Positions 43,567-49,742 of a stretch of DNA of 49,742 bases are shown in pieces. Origin of the DNA: Candidatus Hadarchaeota archaeon (GTDB lineage Archaea > Hadarchaeota > Hadarchaeia > Hadarchaeales > JAGGTB01); NCBI GenBank assembly GCA_964510375.1, contig CAZEBR010000007.1, positions 4,895 to 54,636 of the forward strand, in the 5' to 3' direction. The notes under the pieces are model-generated. The model was not told where the DNA came from. It saw only the letters and a list, made by a program, of their open reading frames with translations, and did no database searches. Within the stretch, counting starts at the first letter, position 1, and every line of letters starts with the position of its first letter. A program made the position numbers and the translations under genes.

Positions 43567-44295
43567 TTACCTTACGTTAGATTTGGTCATGAAGACAGCC
43601 GCTGCGATTATTAGTGCTAAAGCTCCTGCCGCCGTCCAAATCCAGTAATTATAGCCGCCTTCTCCAAGCATATCCGTATCATTTAGCTCGTAAACGGTCT
43701 CGAAGTAACCACCCTGTGAGACCTCTTGAATAATGTGAAATTTCACGCCTAATCCGCTATCGACTTCGTAGTAATAGTCCTCAGTCGTAACCGAAAAGGA
43801 ACTGTTTTCATATCTGTGAACATGGTAAGTCTCCAATTCCCCGTAGGGTACTTTTACATTCTCTGTCCCCTCGTAAATATTCTCCAGGGTCGCGGGAATT
43901 TTACCCTCTTTCAAATCCTTCAAGGAAGAACTGTCGAGATAGAACGGATTTTTTGACTGTTCGTATCGCCAATTTTCTTCTCGAAGCCCAGGCTCAGTCA
44001 CAGAGGAAGGTTTATTTCCGTTCTCCCACTTTCTTTTAAAATTTACTTGAACGGTGGCACCGTCACTTCTAGCTTCAAGCACTTCGACCCGATAACTTCC
44101 AGAATACGAATATTCCGCATTTTCCCCGTCCGTACCGCCAGTTGACATGGTACCGTTAACGTCATACTCTAGATAATTAGTTTTCTCCGCCCAAGGGGGC
44201 TTTTCGTTTTGAGACAACGCTACGGGAGAGAGGCTAAGAGTCAAAACCAGAGAAATACCCAATACAATCATCAGTCCAGCTTTAGTGTAATCCAA
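43567..44295 (-). CDS. secreted / C-terminally anchored surface protein of unknown function
   Basis: N-terminal signal-like LMIVLGISLVLTLSLSPVALS and C-terminal TM WIWTAAGALALIIAAAVFM followed by basic residues. TTG start. Confidence 0.55.
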   Translation of the reverse strand: MDYTKAGLMIVLGISLVLTLSLSPVALSQNEKPPWAEKTNYLEYDVNGTMSTGGTDGENAEYSYSGSYRVEVLEARSDGATVQVNFKRKWENGNKPSSVTEPGLREENWRYEQSKNPFYLDSSSLKDLKEGKIPATLENIYEGTENVKVPYGELETYHVHRYENSSFSVTTEDYYYEVDSGLGVKFHIIQEVSQGGYFETVYELNDTDMLGEGGYNYWIWTAAGALALIIAAAVFMTKSNVR

Positions 44296-44390
44296 ATTTC
44301 ACACCGCTTTGCCCTTATCTCGAACGACTTTTAATTCCTTTGATTCCAAAAGTCTTCCTCCCACAAACTCACTCGAAGTCAAATGGCGAT

Positions 44391-45383
44391 TCAAAAACCC
44401 TCTCTAAACTTCCCTTCCTCCAAACTCTCATACCATTCATCCTCGACGGGTTCACTCTCGTGAAGATCCTTTCTCCTAGCTTCAAGTAGGTTAGGTTCTT
44501 TTCCTATAAGCTCGGAAGCAGTGAGAACTTCGTTACCGGCTTTCTCCGCTGCATCGTACGCGGGCTCCAAGAACTCATCGTAATCCAACGACCTCAAAAG
44601 ATGGTGATCCACTACCATCATCGGAACTTCCCCCGCCAATTGGACGAGGTTATTTTTTGAATTCTCCAAGTCGCCGTCCTCCAGCTTAAAACTGATGTAA
44701 GTGGGTGGTCCTCCGACGATCAAAAGATCCGGATTCTGAGAAAGCAGGTAATCAAGCGTGTCCTCGTACATCGGCCCCTGAACGTCCGGGGCATGTACAA
44801 GGTTGAATCCGGGCGTCTCCATTGTCATGATCAAGGAGTACCCAAGCTTAGTCTCCTCGGGGCCGTGATACGCGGGTTCCGAAAACCTGATTTTGGTCGA
44901 GCCGTAATCAAGCTCGTGTCCGTCGGCGACCCTAATCTCTTCAGCAAGGTCGAGGTTCTTCTTACGGAACATATACCCTCGCTTCCGCTGACTCGGGTTT
45001 ATATTTTCGCTAATATCCTTCGCTAAAATCAGTTTTCCGCTATAAAGTTCCATAGCCATCTCTGGAGAACTCCATATAAACTTCCAGTTTTCGAAATTTG
45101 GAATGAAATGATCGAAGTGATAATGACTGATGGAGAGAAGGTCCACATCTTCGGCGTATGATAGAATTTCCTCCCTGCTCTTGTAAAGGGCGGCGTACTC
45201 TCGCTCGTGCGGCTGCAGGTTGAAGCGAGGGCCCAGTGCAGAACCGGGATCGGCGATCATTTTGACATCGCTCGTTTCGACGTAAGTGGCCATGCCCCTG
45301 ATCCCCAAACTTTCAAAGGCTAAGGGTCTGACCTTCACCTGTCCGTTTTTAAAGGAAGCAAATTCCACAACAATCGCCCACAC
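44391..45383 (-). CDS. MBL-fold protein (UPF0282-like)
   Basis: RPLAFESLGIRGMATYVETSD.., SISHYHFDH. The exact start is uncertain (GTG at 45383). Confidence 0.65.
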   Translation of the reverse strand: MWAIVVEFASFKNGQVKVRPLAFESLGIRGMATYVETSDVKMIADPGSALGPRFNLQPHEREYAALYKSREEILSYAEDVDLLSISHYHFDHFIPNFENWKFIWSSPEMAMELYSGKLILAKDISENINPSQRKRGYMFRKKNLDLAEEIRVADGHELDYGSTKIRFSEPAYHGPEETKLGYSLIMTMETPGFNLVHAPDVQGPMYEDTLDYLLSQNPDLLIVGGPPTYISFKLEDGDLENSKNNLVQLAGEVPMMVVDHHLLRSLDYDEFLEPAYDAAEKAGNEVLTASELIGKEPNLLEARRKDLHESEPVEDEWYESLEEGKFREGF

Positions 45384-45416
45384 TCTTTAAGTCATGAGGA
45401 ACTATAATCTCTGTTG

Positions 45417-46154
45417 ATGTCATTCAATCTGAATTACCTGAAGAGGCCAGAGCTAAACAGGCCTATAGCAATAGCGGGTCTCCCCGGAATTGCCTTGATC
45501 GGGAAACTCTCCGTGAAATACCTGATCCAAGAGTTAGAAGCTGAAAAATTCGCAGAGCTGAGTTCGGACAAGTTCCCCGGATGGGCCATCAGAGAGGACG
45601 GGAAAGTGAGAGACCTGAAGATATACTTCTATCATGCGAGCGTAGAAGGATTCGAGAGGGATTTAATCCTCATAACGGGTGACGCACAAGCTTCGTCCTC
45701 GGAAGGGCAGTACGAAATATCGGAAAAAATCGTCGATATCCTGAGCGAAGAGGAGGTTGACACACTCATTACTATGGCAGCCTTTTTGGACTCCGAAGGA
45801 AAGAAATCGGCCGTTGTCGGGGCCGCGACGGACAAAGAAACTGCGGAAACTATCGAAAAAAGTGGAGTCGGACTGTTGAATAGTGGGAGAATAGTCGGAA
45901 TGAACGGCCTTTTGGTCAGACTGGGTGTCGAAAAGGGCATGAAAGGATTCACATTGCTTGGAACCACCAAGGAAAAAAGCAAGGATGTTCAAGCTTCAAA
46001 GGAGGTTATCTCTAAGTTCTCAAAGATATTCGATTTAAATCTAGATCTCTCCGAATTTGAAGAGAAAGCACCGGAACTGTCCAAATTTAAGCCACCCAAA
46101 ATAAAGATGCCCTCGGTCAGCGGAAGTAAGAGCGAAACGAGCTATATCAGATAA
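45417..46154 (+). CDS. PAC2-family (proteasome assembly chaperone-like) protein
   Basis: LNRPIAIAGLPGIALIGKLSVKYLIQEL, LITGDAQ, GMNGLL. Confidence 0.7.
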   Translation: MSFNLNYLKRPELNRPIAIAGLPGIALIGKLSVKYLIQELEAEKFAELSSDKFPGWAIREDGKVRDLKIYFYHASVEGFERDLILITGDAQASSSEGQYEISEKIVDILSEEEVDTLITMAAFLDSEGKKSAVVGAATDKETAETIEKSGVGLLNSGRIVGMNGLLVRLGVEKGMKGFTLLGTTKEKSKDVQASKEVISKFSKIFDLNLDLSEFEEKAPELSKFKPPKIKMPSVSGSKSETSYIR

Positions 46155-46235
46155 AAATCCTCAGACGAGTCCTTATCGGTAATCGTAGATTTAAGAGCCG
46201 CGGCACTTTTCCTTTTTTAGAAGACCAAGGGATTA

Positions 46236-46700
46236 TCACTCGGTATCGCGGCTGAGGATTTTGGAGACTTCCCCCGTGATATGGCTCTGATTTATTTCCC
46301 CTACCAGAACTCCTTCCTCATCCAAAACAGGTAGCACGCTCACTCTGTGAGTTACAATTTTGTTCAACGCATCGTCGACAGTCTCTGCCGGTTTCGTCTT
46401 TATGAAATCCTCCGTCATAATATCACCTACGGGACAGTTGGAACATAAGGATCTCATATCGGGAAAACCCAGTAAATATGAAGATTCCTCCGGAGAAATG
46501 ACGCTTAGAATATCGTGTTCTGTGACTACACCTTCGACCTTTTTGCTTCCCTCCTTCCTAACTACCCAAGCGTGAGACTTATCTCCTGGAAACGGCATTA
46601 CCTTCGCCATTGGATCCGTTCTTTTAACTATCGGGAGATTTTCCTTTTCCATTATCTCCTTGATTTTTATTTTCCTAAAATCCGAAGTCATAATTCTCAA
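46236..46700 (-). CDS. CBS-domain pair protein
   Basis: Two CBS repeats (IKEIMEKENLPIV..GVVTEHDIL; VGDIMTEDFIKTKPAETV..VLPVLDEEGVLVGEINQSHI). Confidence 0.8.
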   Translation of the reverse strand: MRIMTSDFRKIKIKEIMEKENLPIVKRTDPMAKVMPFPGDKSHAWVVRKEGSKKVEGVVTEHDILSVISPEESSYLLGFPDMRSLCSNCPVGDIMTEDFIKTKPAETVDDALNKIVTHRVSVLPVLDEEGVLVGEINQSHITGEVSKILSRDTE

Positions 46701-46887
46701 TCAAAAGATTAATCTGACTTCTATTAAGTTTGTAACCTCAAATTCCGTGACTCTTTCGGTCGAACGTATATCTCTCGCGGCTCAAAAAATGCGAGTTCTC
46801 AAATATAGAGGTAACCCCGGGGAATACCCAAGGTAACCGTAACAAAGTCTAAATAGAGACAACGAGAGTAGCTATTTTTAGAACCAA

Positions 46888-47496
46888 ATGTCCACAGCTT
46901 GCTACAAAGGACTGAAGCTTCGGGTCAGGCCAGACGTCTACAAACCCGACGAGGATACTTTCCTGATCGCCGATAATTTGAAAGTAGAGAAGGGAGAAGA
47001 AGTTTTGGAACTTGGAACGGGGAGCGGTCTCATCTCGATCTTGTCAGCAAAAAGAGGAGCAAACGTAACGGCTACCGACATCACAAAAAAGGCCTTGGAA
47101 TGCGCCGAAGAAAATGCTAGAAGGGTAGAAGTCGAAGAAAAAATAGACTTCGTAAGGGGAAATCTGTTCGATCCTGTAAAGAATAAGTTCGATCTAATCG
47201 TGTTCAACCCTCCCTACCTGCCGGTTCCGGCCGAGGAGAAGCTAGACACCGAGTTGGAAAAATCTTGGGATGGAGGAGTAAACGGCAGAGAGATTATCGA
47301 CAAATTTCTCGATCAAGTCGAAGAGTACTTGAAGGACGATGGCCGCTTCATCTTCGTACACTCATCGCTTTCCGAGCTGGATCCAATCCTAGAAAGACTC
47401 CAAAACAAGGAAATCGAATTCGACATCAAAAGTAAAGAATTGTTTTTCGAAACCCTGTATCTATTCAGAGCGAGACTAACTCGTGGAAATCAATAA
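46888..47496 (+). CDS. HemK/Mtq2-like SAM-dependent (glutamine-N5) methyltransferase
   Basis: LELGTGSGLISI (motif I) and FNPPYLP (NPPY). Confidence 0.8.
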   Translation: MSTACYKGLKLRVRPDVYKPDEDTFLIADNLKVEKGEEVLELGTGSGLISILSAKRGANVTATDITKKALECAEENARRVEVEEKIDFVRGNLFDPVKNKFDLIVFNPPYLPVPAEEKLDTELEKSWDGGVNGREIIDKFLDQVEEYLKDDGRFIFVHSSLSELDPILERLQNKEIEFDIKSKELFFETLYLFRARLTRGNQ

Positions 47497-48419
47497 CCCA
47501 ATAGCGAAGTCAAAATGGATTTCTGAGTGTGCATTCTATTCTCGGCCTGTTGAAACACCACGGACTGTGGTCCATCGATTACTTCAGCAGAAACTTCTTC
47601 CCCGCGATGGGCAGGCAGGCAGTGCATGAATATGGCGTCATCTTTGGCTCGCTCCATGACTCCGGAATCGACCTGATACCCCTCAAAGTCCTTCAGCCTC
47701 TTATCCCTCTCCTCCTCCTGACCCATGGAGGCTATGACATCCGTGTAAACGGCATCGGCATTCTCCACGCCCTTACTCACATCATTGGTCACTTCCACCT
47801 CCGCCTCAGTCTTCATGGGCGAAGTCTTGGCGTCCTCGACGATACCCTCCTCGGGCTCGTAACCCGGAGGACTTACTACCGAGATATCCATACCGACTTT
47901 TGAACAAGCAAGCAGAAGGGAATGACATACATTGTTTCCATCGCCCACAAAGGTCAGCTTCAGGTCGGCGAGCTTTTGCTTTATCTCCCAAATTGTGAAC
48001 AGGTCGGCGACCGCTTGGCAAGGATGCAAAAGGTCGGTCAGGCCGTTGATCACTGGTACTTCGGCGTTCCTGGCAAGCTCGAGGATATTCTCGTGTTCGA
48101 AAATCCTGGCCATTATGACATCGACGTAACCCGAAAGGGTCTTTGCGGTGTCCGATATGGTTTCTCCCCTTCCTAGCTGTAGCGTCTCCCATCCAAGGTA
48201 TATCGCATGACCGCCCAGATGGGTCATGCCGGTTTCAAAACTGACGCGGGTTCTGGTGGAGGGCTTCGCAAAAATCATCGCCAAGGTTTTCCCGTACAAA
48301 TACTCGTGAGGTTCGCCCTGATCCAGCTTTTCCTTCATGCTGGAAGCTTTTTCTAGAACCCTCATCAACTCGTTCTTATCCAAGTCCTGAACGGAGGTAA
48401 AATGCTTAACTCCTTCCAT
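47490..48419 (-). CDS. argF: ornithine carbamoyltransferase
   Basis: STRTRVSFE, HPCQAVAD, FMHCLPAHRGEEV. ATG 48419 lies 2 nt after the argD stop. Confidence 0.9.
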   Translation of the reverse strand: MEGVKHFTSVQDLDKNELMRVLEKASSMKEKLDQGEPHEYLYGKTLAMIFAKPSTRTRVSFETGMTHLGGHAIYLGWETLQLGRGETISDTAKTLSGYVDVIMARIFEHENILELARNAEVPVINGLTDLLHPCQAVADLFTIWEIKQKLADLKLTFVGDGNNVCHSLLLACSKVGMDISVVSPPGYEPEEGIVEDAKTSPMKTEAEVEVTNDVSKGVENADAVYTDVIASMGQEEERDKRLKDFEGYQVDSGVMERAKDDAIFMHCLPAHRGEEVSAEVIDGPQSVVFQQAENRMHTQKSILTSLLGY

Positions 48420-48421
48420 TC

Positions 48422-49600
48422 TCACGCGCCCTCTAAAATAGTGTTCAATTCATCAATTAAATTATCCACATGATTCTTCTCCAATATAAGGGGAGGAACG
48501 AATCTCAAAACTTTCTTTGCGGTCCTGTTAATTAAAAACCCGTCCTCACGGGCCTTTTCGACAACATCCTCGGCCAGTTTCTTTCCTTCAAGTTCCATGG
48601 CCAAAATCAATCCAACTCCCCTAACCTCGTCAACGACTTCGTGCTTTTCCGAAATATCCTTGAGCTTACTCTTGAAGTATCCACCAATCTCCTCCACACG
48701 ATCCGGGATATTCTCCTCCTTCATGATGTCGATAGTTTTGTTGGCAGCGGTGCAGGCGAGAGGATTACCACCAAAAGTCGAAGCGTGATCGCCCGGAGAG
48801 AAGGAATCCATCACCTCGGGCTTGGCCCCCATACTGCCGATCGGGAAGCCGTTGCCGAGGGCCTTAGCCATCGTGATTATGTCCGGCACAACATCCCAAT
48901 GATTGCACGCGAACCATTCGCCCGTTCTGCACATGCCCGTCTGAATTTCATCAAATATTAGAAGGGCATTTTCGTCGTCACAGATATCCCTCAGACCCTC
49001 CAAATATCCATCGGAGGGGACATTTACTCCGCCTTCCCCTTGGATGGGTTCCGCTATGACCGCAGCAGTTTCTTCGTCTACCTCCTCCCTCATCGCCTCC
49101 ACATCATCAAACTTAACGAAATCAAAATTAGAGGATATCAAACTCTCGAATGGATCCCTATACGAACTTTTCCAGGTGACACCCAGAGAAGCCGAGGTCC
49201 TCCCGTGGAAGGATCCCTCCAGCGCCAGTACTTTTTCGCGACCCGTGTGCTTGACCGCTAGCTTGAGGGCGGCTTCGACCGCCTCGGTGCCCGAGTTACA
49301 GAAGAAAAACTTTCTAATTCCTCCGGGAGTAACCCCCGCCAGTTTCTTCGCCAGCTCTGCCTGAGGGGGAATGTGATATAAATTGGAAACGTGCCCGAGC
49401 CTTCCGGCCTGATCGGATATTGCTTTCGCCACCTTGGGATTGGAATGACCGAGGGCACAAACCGCTATACCGCCGACGAAATCGAGATATTCATTTCCTT
49501 CAGAATCCCTAACCTTGACACCATCCCCCTCGACCAGAGCAAAGGGTTCACGACCGTAAGTGGGAGCAATATACTTTTCCTCTAAATCGAAAAAATCCAT
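48422..49600 (-). CDS. argD: acetylornithine (LysJ/ArgD-type) aminotransferase
   Basis: Class III aminotransferase. FCNSGTEAVEAALK, LIFDEIQTG, PLP-Lys in ITMAKALGNGFPIG. ATG at 49600 (ORF track TTG at 49606). Confidence 0.9.
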   Translation of the reverse strand: MDFFDLEEKYIAPTYGREPFALVEGDGVKVRDSEGNEYLDFVGGIAVCALGHSNPKVAKAISDQAGRLGHVSNLYHIPPQAELAKKLAGVTPGGIRKFFFCNSGTEAVEAALKLAVKHTGREKVLALEGSFHGRTSASLGVTWKSSYRDPFESLISSNFDFVKFDDVEAMREEVDEETAAVIAEPIQGEGGVNVPSDGYLEGLRDICDDENALLIFDEIQTGMCRTGEWFACNHWDVVPDIITMAKALGNGFPIGSMGAKPEVMDSFSPGDHASTFGGNPLACTAANKTIDIMKEENIPDRVEEIGGYFKSKLKDISEKHEVVDEVRGVGLILAMELEGKKLAEDVVEKAREDGFLINRTAKKVLRFVPPLILEKNHVDNLIDELNTILEGA

Positions 49601-49602
49601 GA

Positions 49603-49742
49603 TCAATCCCTCTCTATCATGGTCCCTATACCGCTTTCAGTAAACAGCTCGAGGATCAGGGCATGAGACGTTTTGCCGTTAATGATATGGGTGCGATTTA
49701 CACCCTTTTCAACGCTCCTCAAGCAGGCCTTAATTTTGGGGA
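49603..49742 (-). CDS. argB: acetylglutamate kinase, C-terminal 45 codons (rest outside the window)
   Basis: Minus-strand translation PKIKACLRSVEKGVNRTHIINGKTSHALILELFTESGIGTMIERD-stop. The stop lies 2 nt before the argD ATG. Confidence 0.75.
   Translation of the reverse strand, partial: PKIKACLRSVEKGVNRTHIINGKTSHALILELFTESGIGTMIERD

Noticed and set aside
1-49742. CRISPR arrays, rRNA genes, transposases/IS elements, inteins
   Set aside because: I saw no regularly spaced short repeats, no rRNA-like segments, no transposase or integrase-like ORFs, and no oversized host proteins with intein blocks.

Overview
Densely coding archaeal chromosomal window with about 55 CDS and one tRNA. I saw no rRNA, CRISPR array, transposase or integrase. 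Archaeal identity rests on G1P dehydrogenase, TiaS, archaeal-type NMNAT, FlaI/FlaJ-type pilus genes, PAC2, a UPF0282-like protein and a tRNA with an encoded CCA. The proteins are rich in E, D and K, so I infer a salt-adapted euryarchaeon. Left to right: cofactor and amino-acid genes (egsA, ilvE, a class V aminotransferase, thiC, DUF62, a NadM-PncC fusion, MGMT); a response regulator/histidine kinase pair; rtcA; a five-gene type IV pilus-like assembly operon; tRNA-Gly(GCC); an A+T-richer sugar ABC-transporter block with two permease/ATPase modules whose ATPase genes share about 540 bp of apparently identical sequence; DUF4432, DUF502 and DedA genes; a hybrid kinase with a degenerate receiver; an ACT-DUF711 pair; a cassette of an unknown gene plus an ADP-ribosylglycohydrolase; an SMC-like three-gene operon; Lhr helicase; an MBL hydrolase; RNase HI; acylphosphatase; flavin reductase; divergent TiaS/ArgRS; PAC2; CBS; a HemK-like methyltransferase; and argB-argD-argF. 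The best candidate for an undescribed system is the translationally coupled operon at 31126-34370. It encodes a short, hinge-less ATPase with an Smc5/6-type head, followed by a kleisin (ScpA)-like and a tandem winged-helix (KITE/MAGE/ScpB)-like protein. It is flanked by the ADP-ribosylglycohydrolase cassette (divergent) and by Lhr (convergent). Other notable points are three reading-frame interruptions (thiC, a histidine kinase, a coiled-coil pilus-operon gene), a possible prepilin-like signal on the sugar-binding protein next to the pilus-like operon, and a GC-rich structured noncoding stretch upstream of lhr. All family assignments come from reading motifs by eye. No database search was run.
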